The position numbers and the translations under genes are program-made. Below the pieces are notes generated by a model, which made no database searches, had not been told where the DNA came from, and saw only the letters and a list, made by a program, of their open reading frames with translations. 64,000 nt of DNA. Origin: an uncultured Nitrososphaerota archaeon. Its GTDB lineage: Archaea > Thermoproteota > Nitrososphaeria > Nitrososphaerales > Gagatemarchaeaceae. Positions within the stretch are counted from its first letter, which is position 1; each line of letters starts with the position of its first letter. The stretch is from NCBI GenBank assembly GCA_963718895.1, contig CAVRAG010000008.1, positions 640,001 through 704,000 on the forward strand, read 5' to 3'. Positions 1 through 8,406 of this stretch are shown here, piece by piece.

Positions 1-42
1 GGAGACGATGCCCGCCTTGAGAGAGCTCAGGAAAGGCGCAGC

Positions 43-1239
43 TCAGACGCCTCCCATGTGGTAGAGCCCCAGGGAGACGACCAGCAGCGCCATGAACAGG
101 TTCGCGAAGCTAAGCACCATCAGTCTGGACCAGCCCCCGCGCAGGAGTGTGTCTATCCTTACCCTCGGAAGCACGCCCCTTGGGAGCATCATGAGCAGCA
201 TCACGATGAACGTCTTCAGGACGAACCAGAACGCCGGAGGGATGGGCCCGGGCCCGTACCACCCGCCGAGGAAGAAAGCGGTGAAGACCCCAGCGAGAGC
301 GTAGAACTTGATGTAGGTGGCGAGCTGGAAGATGCCGAAGGTCATCCCCGAGTACTCGGTCTGCCAGCCTGCGACGAGCTCGGAGTCAGCCTCTGGGAGG
401 TCGAAAGGTATCCTCTCGAGCTCTGCAAGGACAGCTATGAAGAAGACGATTGCGCCCAGTGGTTGCAGGAGGATGAACCAGACGCTGCTCTGCGCCTCCA
501 CGACGCCCAGGAGGCTCAGGGAGCCCGAGAGGACGACGACGCCCAGCGCCGAGATGATCATCGGGATCTCGTAGGCCACCATCTGGTGGAGGGCCCTCAG
601 TCCTCCTAACAGCGAGTACTTGTTGTTGCTCGCCCAGCCGGCCAGGAGCGCGATTATCGGACTGAACCCGATCAGCCCGAAGACGAAGACCACGCCGACC
701 GAGGGGTTGGCGATGTAGGTCGAAGGACCGACCGGTACTAGCGCCAGGAGGGCGCCCGAGACGAACATCAAGGCCAGAGGGACGGCCAGGAAGACTCTCT
801 TGTCTGCCTTGTCGGGCACTATGATCTCCTTGAAGAGGAGCTTGAAGAGGTCGGCGAAGTTCTGCAGGACTCCTTCGTATCTTCCGGCGTACTGCGGGCC
901 CACCCGGAGCTGCATCTTGGCGACGAACTTCCTCTCCACCCAGATCATGAACACCGTCGAGAAGACCGCAGCAAAGGTGAACCCCGGGAAGGTCGTGAAC
1001 ATGAAGAGGCTCTTGGTCGGTTCGCTCTGGGTCGTCTGCATGAGGTAGGTCATCAGGCCCTGCGGGTCGGTCACCGAGACAGCGATGACGTGCAGGAGGT
1101 CAATCCCGAGGAAGAACCTCAGGATGAAGTACGCCGGTATCGATGCGATTCCTATCAGAAGGACGACCCATGGGATGAGAAGAAGGACGTGCTTCACAAA
1201 CCCCCGAAAGGTTGTGATTGTCTTTGGCACGTCACGCAA
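43..1239 (-). CDS. nuoH: NADH-quinone oxidoreductase subunit H
   Basis: ERKFVAKMQLRVGP, ADLFKLLFKE, GWASNNKYSLLGGLRA, RIPFDLPEADSELVAGWQTEYSG and PRVRID motifs; multiple TM helices. Confidence 0.97.
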   Translation of the reverse strand: MRDVPKTITTFRGFVKHVLLLIPWVVLLIGIASIPAYFILRFFLGIDLLHVIAVSVTDPQGLMTYLMQTTQSEPTKSLFMFTTFPGFTFAAVFSTVFMIWVERKFVAKMQLRVGPQYAGRYEGVLQNFADLFKLLFKEIIVPDKADKRVFLAVPLALMFVSGALLALVPVGPSTYIANPSVGVVFVFGLIGFSPIIALLAGWASNNKYSLLGGLRALHQMVAYEIPMIISALGVVVLSGSLSLLGVVEAQSSVWFILLQPLGAIVFFIAVLAELERIPFDLPEADSELVAGWQTEYSGMTFGIFQLATYIKFYALAGVFTAFFLGGWYGPGPIPPAFWFVLKTFIVMLLMMLPRGVLPRVRIDTLLRGGWSRLMVLSFANLFMALLVVSLGLYHMGGV

Positions 1240-1300
1240 CCAATAGGCGACGCGAAGCCTTAGTTTATTTGAACCTTGTCATTGAAGAGCGCGGGTTCTG

Positions 1301-2956
1301 CTATGCGAGGCCGGCGGCGTACTCCTCAAGCCTCTGCCTGTAGACGCTCCGCGGCGGGAAGCCCATCCCCGTCAGGTATGTGGAGAACTTCACCCTCTTC
1401 TTGGGATCGGTGAGCCTCTCCTCGATTTCCCTTATCTCCTCGCCCACGACCGCGTAGCACGTGGCGTATCCGGGGAACATACCCTCGTGTGCGGGGAAGA
1501 GGTTGTAGTACATGTCCCTGCGAGGGACGGTGGTGTACTTCAGGGCCCAGTCCAGGAACTCAAAGAGGCCCTGCTTGTTGGTGTTTATCCTGACGTCGCC
1601 TACGACCCTCAGGAACCTTATCAGCCTGAACTTGCGGGTTCCGAGCTCGATCTCCATGTTAAGCAGGTCGAACCCGCCATGCTTCTCCAGGAGAGCCACG
1701 TAGCTCTTCTCAGCTTTGGTGAGAGTCGGTTTGCCCTTCAGCGCGAGCGAGGCTTCCAGGAACTCCCTCTCCCGGTTGAACGAGAGCCCCTCGGTGATCG
1801 GTCCGGAGAGCAGAGTGGGCAGCAGTTCGAGCTCGGTCGCCTTCCCGCCGAATCTGAACGCGCTGTTCGAGTGGTTGACGCAGTGCCCGTACTCTTCGTG
1901 GACCAGGAGATTGATGAGCTGGGAGACGGACTTGGCGGGGTTGCGCTTGGGGTCGGTCGTTAGGTAGTAGAGCTGGAACGGCTTCTTGGTGAAAGTGTCG
2001 AAGAACCCCGCAGCACCGGTGGGAAGCGTCGCCGAGAGGAAAGGCGGCGTCTCGATCACCTTGGTCCTGTAACGCTTGTTTATCTTCACCACCGACTCGT
2101 TCGCAAACTCCTGTATAACCCGACGTAGCGAGTTGGTCGTCCGGAGAAGGTGCTCCGGCTTGAGCTGTTGTCTCTCGACGACCTTCCTCTCGACTGCCTC
2201 GGGCGTAGCGTCGCATTTGTAGTATTTCGCCAACCGGTTCACCACGTCTCTGTACCTGGGGAGCTCCTCGTCGATCCACCCGAGGGCTTTCTGCTCGAGC
2301 TCGTCCGGAGTCTCGCTGTAGTCGAACCCTCCCTCGAGGGCGACGCGATAGAACTTCTCCCTGCCGAGCGAGAACTTCTGCTTCTGGAACACCTTCTCCA
2401 CCTCCTCGAAGGTGCCAGACCCGAAACCCTCAAGCTCGAAGAGCGTGACGAACTTCCTGACCTTCTCGGCGAGGCGGTCGCAGTCCTCCTTCAGCTTCTT
2501 GCTCTTGGTCGAGCGCTTCACGGAGTCGAGGATCTCGAGCACGCCGTCAAGCCTGTACAAGGTGAGCGCCTTCACGGCCGTCGGAACCTTTGCGCCCCTG
2601 AATCTCTTCTGAGAGACATCGATAGCCTTCGAGGCTCCAGAGATAAGCGCGGTGAGGTTCTTCTCGTTCACGCCCTCTTTGGTGAGGTGGGCGAACATCG
2701 CGCCCACTATGTCGTCCAGTATGGCCTGAGGCTCAGGGAAGAGGAGCGTGACCTCCATGCTGTCGAGGGCCTTCGCCTGCACGTCGTTCTCGGCGCGCCG
2801 CCTGAGCGCCCGCACCCTCTGCAGGGCGTCCTTGATGTTCTGGTCACTGGGCAGGAACAGCCTCCCGGCATAGCCGTCCCATCCCAGGATGTAGGCCCCC
2901 GACGGGCTCAGGTCCTTCCAGAGTTCCACTATGTCGGCGTCCAGGGACTTGTACAA
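1301..2956 (-). CDS. DUF885-like putative metallopeptidase
   Basis: 551 aa; LLVHEEYGH followed by ITEGLS, and a C-terminal PGYATCY resembling DUF885 motifs. Confidence 0.65.
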   Translation of the reverse strand: MYKSLDADIVELWKDLSPSGAYILGWDGYAGRLFLPSDQNIKDALQRVRALRRRAENDVQAKALDSMEVTLLFPEPQAILDDIVGAMFAHLTKEGVNEKNLTALISGASKAIDVSQKRFRGAKVPTAVKALTLYRLDGVLEILDSVKRSTKSKKLKEDCDRLAEKVRKFVTLFELEGFGSGTFEEVEKVFQKQKFSLGREKFYRVALEGGFDYSETPDELEQKALGWIDEELPRYRDVVNRLAKYYKCDATPEAVERKVVERQQLKPEHLLRTTNSLRRVIQEFANESVVKINKRYRTKVIETPPFLSATLPTGAAGFFDTFTKKPFQLYYLTTDPKRNPAKSVSQLINLLVHEEYGHCVNHSNSAFRFGGKATELELLPTLLSGPITEGLSFNREREFLEASLALKGKPTLTKAEKSYVALLEKHGGFDLLNMEIELGTRKFRLIRFLRVVGDVRINTNKQGLFEFLDWALKYTTVPRRDMYYNLFPAHEGMFPGYATCYAVVGEEIREIEERLTDPKKRVKFSTYLTGMGFPPRSVYRQRLEEYAAGLA

Positions 2957-2957
2957 G

Positions 2958-4427
2958 CTACTCCGCCACCTCTATGGGCTTGAAGCGCTCCGTCGTCTCG
3001 TCTATCTCCGCCAGGAGCGTCTTCTGCCAGCCGACGAAACCAGCCGGGGTCGTGGGGTAGGCCAGGTTGTGTTGCACGAGCGTCTGGCTCTTCTTGGCGG
3101 TGTACCTGAGCCCCTTGGCGAGGTCGTACTCGCTCAGCGCCCTGAGGAGGAGGATGGGGTTGACCATCTGGGTCCTGTTGAACTCCGGATGACGTCTCTC
3201 GCTTATCGCCCTTACGTCTTCCTCCGAAAGGAAGTGCTTCATCCCGTAGTTAATCTGTTCGTTCGTGAGCGTCTGGAGGTATCTCCTGAGAACTTCGAAG
3301 CTGGCCATCTGGTAGCCGTGAGTCGTCATGTACTCGACGTTGTACGCCCAGAGCGATTCCTGGCTGTAGTCCTTCGCCTCGAGGGCGTGGGCAACGACCT
3401 TTCCGAGGATCACGCCCGCGTACATCGACGGGCCTATCCCTCCTGCGTCGAGCGGCCTGGGGAGCCAAGCCGCGTCGCCGACCACCGCGAACCCGTTCGC
3501 GACCATGCAGTCGTTGTGCCTCCTGACCGGGACCTGCCAGTTCCCCTTAGAATTGCCGTCGAACTCAGGACCGGTGGCCAGCCGCCAGGTCTTGATGGCA
3601 GGATTGTCCTTCACGTACTTGTCTATGAGACTCTGGAGGTTATCGTTAAGCTTGAACTTCTTGTTGCGGCGGGAGAGGCCGGACTTTGAGACCCCCAGCC
3701 CTATGTTGACCCTGCTCTTCCCTTTCGGAAAAACCCAGGCGTATCCAGCCGGTGCTATGAACTGGTCTAGATGGATCAGGCAGTAGTCGGGGGTGAAGAA
3801 CGTCTCGTCTTGCTTTCCTTGGTCGAAATCGAGGATGTATCGGCCCGTCGCCTCGATGTCGTCCATGTCTATCTCCTTCTCGATGTAGCTCTCTATCGGC
3901 AGAAACTTCCTGAGGACCGAAGAGGAGCCCGTCGCGTCGACCACGATCTTGGCGGTCGCCTTGAAGGGCGTCCCGTCGTCCGCCCGGCCCGTGACGCCGG
4001 TGACGTACCCGTCCTCGGATAGGAGCCTCTCCGCGGTCAGGTTGAACTTGAACTCCACGTCGAAGCTCCTCGCGTCCCGCACCTGCCTCTGGGGGAGAAT
4101 CTTCCTGTTCAGGATGTAGCCTTCGCCTTCGAACCTGACCTTGGTCTTGTGGTCAGGGGAGTAGACCAGCACTCCCTTGACCGGATGTTCAAGCTCGGGC
4201 GATTCGTATTTGATCCCGATATTCTTCTCTAGGAACCGAAGGCTGTTCAGGCTAGTTGCGTCCCCGCACGTCCAGCCGTTGTTCGTCTTCTTTCCAGCCT
4301 CCTCGGGCGGGTTCCTGTCCATCACCAGGATTCTCGCCGTCTTCTTGGAGTAAAAACCGATAGCAGACGCAGTGATCAGCCCCGCCATGCCGCCGCCTGC
4401 GATTATGACGTCATAGTCGGTCTTCAA
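2958..4427 (-). CDS. Geranylgeranyl reductase family FAD oxidoreductase (digeranylgeranylglycerophospholipid reductase-like)
   Basis: N-terminal GGGMAG FAD motif, CGDA, VVDATG, GYAWVFPKG, VGDAA...GGGI-like motif. Confidence 0.88.
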   Translation of the reverse strand: MKTDYDVIIAGGGMAGLITASAIGFYSKKTARILVMDRNPPEEAGKKTNNGWTCGDATSLNSLRFLEKNIGIKYESPELEHPVKGVLVYSPDHKTKVRFEGEGYILNRKILPQRQVRDARSFDVEFKFNLTAERLLSEDGYVTGVTGRADDGTPFKATAKIVVDATGSSSVLRKFLPIESYIEKEIDMDDIEATGRYILDFDQGKQDETFFTPDYCLIHLDQFIAPAGYAWVFPKGKSRVNIGLGVSKSGLSRRNKKFKLNDNLQSLIDKYVKDNPAIKTWRLATGPEFDGNSKGNWQVPVRRHNDCMVANGFAVVGDAAWLPRPLDAGGIGPSMYAGVILGKVVAHALEAKDYSQESLWAYNVEYMTTHGYQMASFEVLRRYLQTLTNEQINYGMKHFLSEEDVRAISERRHPEFNRTQMVNPILLLRALSEYDLAKGLRYTAKKSQTLVQHNLAYPTTPAGFVGWQKTLLAEIDETTERFKPIEVAE

Positions 4428-4666
4428 ACGTCACGACCCTCTCGGTTCCGCTTAAAAAGGCAAGCATGAGGGAGATGGGTTGTTTCAGGCCCAAGCGGAA
4501 GCTCGGTCACGACGCGATGCCTGCCCCCGGGCACCTTGAGACATCCTGTGGATGTCTGCCTCGTCCTCGACTGAGCGGTCGAGGCCCGACGCAACTAACA
4601 TCCGGTGATTATTCGAAGTGCACTGAGTATAAGTTAGCAGGGCAGGCGAACCTCCTCTGAAGCAAG

Positions 4667-5659
4667 ATGACCAGGACCATTGAAACGGAAGGTCTGACAA
4701 AGGTATACCCACCGTCGTTCCGGGCGGTCGACGGAATCTCATTCAGTGTTGAGAAAGGCGAGATCTTCGGCTTTCTTGGCCCGAACGGCGCTGGAAAGAC
4801 CACGACCATCAAGATGCTCACGACCCTCGCCTCGATAAGCGAGGGGAGGTGCAGAGTGGCCGGGTTCGACGTCCAGAAGGACACAGACGAGGTCCGGAGG
4901 AAGATCGGGCTCGTGCCTCAGGACGCAGCCGCCGACGGCGACCTGACTGGAATGGAGAACCTCCTGCTGAGCGCAAAACTGTACAGGGTCCCAGACCAGA
5001 CGGCGAAGGAGAAGGCCAAGGAGTTGATCGCCCTGGTAGGGCTCGAGGAGGCCGCGGGAAGGCTGGCGAGGACCTACTCCGGTGGGATGAGAAAGAGGCT
5101 TGAGCTGATCTCCGGACTGATCAACGAGCCCGAGGTTCTCTTCCTCGACGAACCGACGCTCGGGCTCGACATCCAGACGAGGAAGGCGATGTGGGATTAC
5201 ATCCGCGGCATCAACCGCGAGAGGAGGATGACGATCTTTCTGACCACTCACTACCTCGAGGAGGCAGACTCCCTGTGTGACCGGGTGGCCATAATCGACC
5301 ATGGGCAGCTCAAGGTCTCGGGTTCGCCAAAGGAGCTCGAATCGAAGCTGGGTGGAGATGCTCTCCAGATCCAGGTACCAGAGGGACCGGACCTGACCGG
5401 TGCGCTCACATCGATGGCCGGCGTGAGCGAAGTCGTCCGGTCTGGTTCCACCTACACACTCAGGATGCCGAACAACGGGTCCTCTGTCCAGGACGTCTTC
5501 GGTGGCCTCTCGAGGATGGGCGTGAGGGTGGTCGATACCAGGCTGACGAAGGCAAGCCTGGAAGAGGTCTTCCTCAGTGTCACGGGCCGCTCGATCCGGG
5601 ATGAGGTCGTCAACCCGGCGAGCGCGTTCGCAGTTCAGGCCAAGGCGAGGGGGCGCTAG
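4667..5659 (+). CDS. ABC transporter ATP-binding protein (DrrA/NodI type)
   Basis: Walker A GPNGAGKT, signature YSGGM, Walker B LFLDEPT, H-loop TTHY. Confidence 0.96.
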   Translation: MTRTIETEGLTKVYPPSFRAVDGISFSVEKGEIFGFLGPNGAGKTTTIKMLTTLASISEGRCRVAGFDVQKDTDEVRRKIGLVPQDAAADGDLTGMENLLLSAKLYRVPDQTAKEKAKELIALVGLEEAAGRLARTYSGGMRKRLELISGLINEPEVLFLDEPTLGLDIQTRKAMWDYIRGINRERRMTIFLTTHYLEEADSLCDRVAIIDHGQLKVSGSPKELESKLGGDALQIQVPEGPDLTGALTSMAGVSEVVRSGSTYTLRMPNNGSSVQDVFGGLSRMGVRVVDTRLTKASLEEVFLSVTGRSIRDEVVNPASAFAVQAKARGR

Positions 5660-5661
5660 AC

Positions 5662-6489
5662 TTGATCTCCGAGACCTGGCAGCTCGTGATCCGGGACCTG
5701 AAGAAGTGGTATCGGACCCCCGCATGGATGGCCGCATCCCTGGTGCAGCCGGTACTATGGCTGGCCCTCTTCGGCAACGCCTTCAATCTTGCGAGCATGG
5801 TACCTGGAGGAGCGGGTGTGAAGGCCCTGATGCTGGCGGACTTCGGGGGCGCGGCCAACTACATCACCTTCCTCACCGGAGGCATGCTCTGCTTCCTGGT
5901 GGTCACAGGCGCGATGTGGGCCGGAGGGCCTCTGGTGATGGACAGGTCCCTCGGATACCTGAACAAGCTCCTGGCGACGCCCATCCCGCGGACGGCGCTG
6001 ACCCTCTCGCTTCTAGTCTCGAACATCATTAAGGGGCTCATCATGTCGGCCATCCTGCTGCTCGTGGCTCTCGTCCTTCCGGGAGGGCTCGTCCTCGGCG
6101 CGAGCTTCGGCGTGCTGGACCTCCTGGGAGTCTTCTCGACCCTCGTCCTGCTATCGGTGGGCTTCCTCTGGCTCTTCATGTTGGTGGCGGTAAGGGCCAC
6201 AAAGTTCGAGACGCTGGCGGCGATCGGCAGCACGCTCGGCCTCCCTCTGCTCTTCGCAAGCAGCGCCCTGCTCCCGGTCGCCTCAATGCCAGGTTGGCTC
6301 CGCTCGGTCGCAGACATCAACCCGATCTCGAAGGCGGCTGACGCAATCAGATATCTCATCATACAGGGGACGCTGAACGGCTCGGCAGTCACCGCGGTCA
6401 CGAACGACCTCCTCTACCTCGGAGCCTTCGCAGCTGCCTGTACGGCCATCGGCGTCTACGCGTCGCGGCACGGACTGCGCATGGAGTGA
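5662..6489 (+). CDS. ABC-2 type permease
   Basis: About 6 TM segments, LLATPI and MPGWL...INPIS motifs; directly follows the ATPase. Confidence 0.93.
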   Translation: MISETWQLVIRDLKKWYRTPAWMAASLVQPVLWLALFGNAFNLASMVPGGAGVKALMLADFGGAANYITFLTGGMLCFLVVTGAMWAGGPLVMDRSLGYLNKLLATPIPRTALTLSLLVSNIIKGLIMSAILLLVALVLPGGLVLGASFGVLDLLGVFSTLVLLSVGFLWLFMLVAVRATKFETLAAIGSTLGLPLLFASSALLPVASMPGWLRSVADINPISKAADAIRYLIIQGTLNGSAVTAVTNDLLYLGAFAAACTAIGVYASRHGLRME

Positions 6490-6608
6490 CGAGGCATGAA
6501 TCCAGGCAACGCGCCGGCTCCGGTCGTGGACCCGGTTCGAGTCCCCCAGTGGGACATCTGTGGGGCGCTAACGCGAAGTGAGCGAACCTTATACGAAGGG
6601 GGGAGCAG

Positions 6609-7861
6609 GTGGTGCTAATGACAGACCAGGTCGTGAAGCGCGGCGAGACGGTCAAGCTGGGACGCGTCGAAGGAGACCTGCACGTCGGTCGCAAGGCCAC
6701 GATCAAGGCAGATTCGGGCGGGAAGGTCGTCGTGACGGGAGACATCGTCTTCGACGGGGGCGCGACGGTCGACTGCTCTCTCGAGTGCAACGCAGTCGAC
6801 GTGAGGGCTGCCCCTCACACTGGTGGGACGATCGAAGATCGGAGGCAACCTCACAGTCCACCAGACGGTGGACGTGGCTGACTCCTTGGAGGTGGTGGGG
6901 ACGTCCTCGGCGGAGGACATAGATGTCGGCGGTCACTTCGGGACCGCCTCGGTCGTCGCAAAGCGCGTCCGCGTCGGCGGTCATCTCAGGGTCAAGGAGT
7001 CCCTTGAAGCAGACATCGTCGACGTGGCGGGTCACCTCTCAGCGCTGGGGAAGGTCAAGGTTGTTGACCTCTATGTCGGGGGACACGCAGAAGTCGGAGG
7101 AGGGGCCATAAGCGGCAGCATCCAGGTGCGCGGTCATATCGAGGCGATATCGAGCCTCGAGTACGGCCAGCTCCAGACTTTCGGGCACGTCTCCCTCCCT
7201 GCCAACAGCAGGGGTGACCGTTTGTCCGTGCTGGGCAGGGTGGAGCTCGGAAGGGGTTCTTCGTGCAGGGTGATAGAAGTGAAGGGAGTGGCTGAAGCGA
7301 AGGGCGACCTGAGCTGCGACGAGGTCGATGTCTCGGGCAAGCTTCGCGTCTCGGGATCCCTGAAGGTGACGAAGGAACTCAAGGTCCTCGGGCTGTCGGA
7401 AGTCGAGGGGCGCGTGGACTGTCAGAAGCTCACTCTGGAGGGAAGACTTAACGCCGACAAAGTCTTCGCCGTCGAAGCCGACATCAGCGGCGAGCTGAGC
7501 ACCTCCGGCGGGATGAGGGCCAGCACGATAACCGTGAGAAGGGGCGCGAAGGTGACTGGTCTCTTGGTCGGGGACTCGGTCGAGGTCGGCGAAAAACCGG
7601 GTTTTGGGCAGTGGCCCTCCGTCTGGTCGGACGTTCGGCAGAGGATCGGGCAGATGACGAACGTGGAGGACGTGTACGGGCGGACAGTCACTGTAGGCAG
7701 CTACTCGCAGGCGAAGAGAGTGTTCGCAGAAGAAGTACGGATGGAGGCCGGGAGCGTGGCCAACCAGGTGACGTACACCAAGGACCTCAAATTGGCGCCG
7801 AGGAACTACCTGCACCAACCGCCACAGAAAACGGCGAAGCTGCCAGATCCACCGATTCTAG
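6609..7861 (+). CDS. Repetitive beta-helix protein, bactofilin/polymer-forming cytoskeletal-like (frameshifted in this sequence)
   Basis: V/I-x-G-x-L/V-x-V repeats run across ORFs 6609..6881 and 6823..7980; removing one base near 6834 joins them (TIKIGGNLTV); an out-of-frame TAG at 7859-7861 is the probable true stop. Confidence 0.6.
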
Positions 7862-7889
7862 GATGTGTTGGTGGTGAGAGGGGGCGCCG

Positions 7890-8177
7890 ATGGGCCGTAG
7901 GAGCGCCAAGAGGTCGAAGGTGGACATCTACGCCGAGGTCCTCGAGGTCATTACGCGGTATCCGGAGGGAGTCAGGATAACCAGGCTGTCGTACGGCGTC
8001 GGCGTCCCGGTCGACAGGCTCAAGAAAATGGTAGAGGCCCTGTGCTCGAACGGGCTGGTCAGAAAGTCGACGAACGAAGACGATGTCGCCTACGGCGCAA
8101 CTTCGCGTGGTTTGGAGTTTCTAGAGACCTACTGGAAGATGAAGAGTTTCTTCGAAATCCTTGGTGGGGCTCCGTGA
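7890..8177 (+). CDS. Winged helix-turn-helix protein (archaeal HTH_45-like)
   Basis: RSKVDIYAEVL...ITRLSYG...YGATSRGLEFL pattern, 95 aa. Confidence 0.85.
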   Translation: MGRRSAKRSKVDIYAEVLEVITRYPEGVRITRLSYGVGVPVDRLKKMVEALCSNGLVRKSTNEDDVAYGATSRGLEFLETYWKMKSFFEILGGAP

Positions 8178-8406
8178 CACGACATCTCTGGTCCACCGGG
8201 ACCTGCTCCCATTTGGAGCCCCGCCGCTCATCCTGAGCTGACCCAGACCGGTTCTCCCGGCTTCCAGGCTAGCCCACCCTCCTCATGAGAGCGCTCGTCG
8301 CTACCACACCTGCCTGAAATCAGAATCCTCTGCTGGCCGCCTCGGGAAGACAGAGAGGACTGGCAGTGCACAAGGCGTTTATACCCGCAGGCGTCATTCC
8401 AGCCAA

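Noticed and set aside
1-42. Possible 5' end of nuoI on the - strand (LSSLKAGIVS from CTG at 30)
   Set aside because: Expected by gene order, but only about 10 codons are visible, which is too little to call
4594-4640. CTAAC...GTTAG and an imperfect palindrome around GTGCAC upstream of the ABC transporter
   Set aside because: Spacing far exceeds N5 and the palindrome is imperfect; could be an operator but is unsupported
6530-6560. GGTTCGAGTCCC resembling a tRNA T-loop or att site
   Set aside because: The T-stem does not pair, there is no cloverleaf, and it does not match either tRNA in the window
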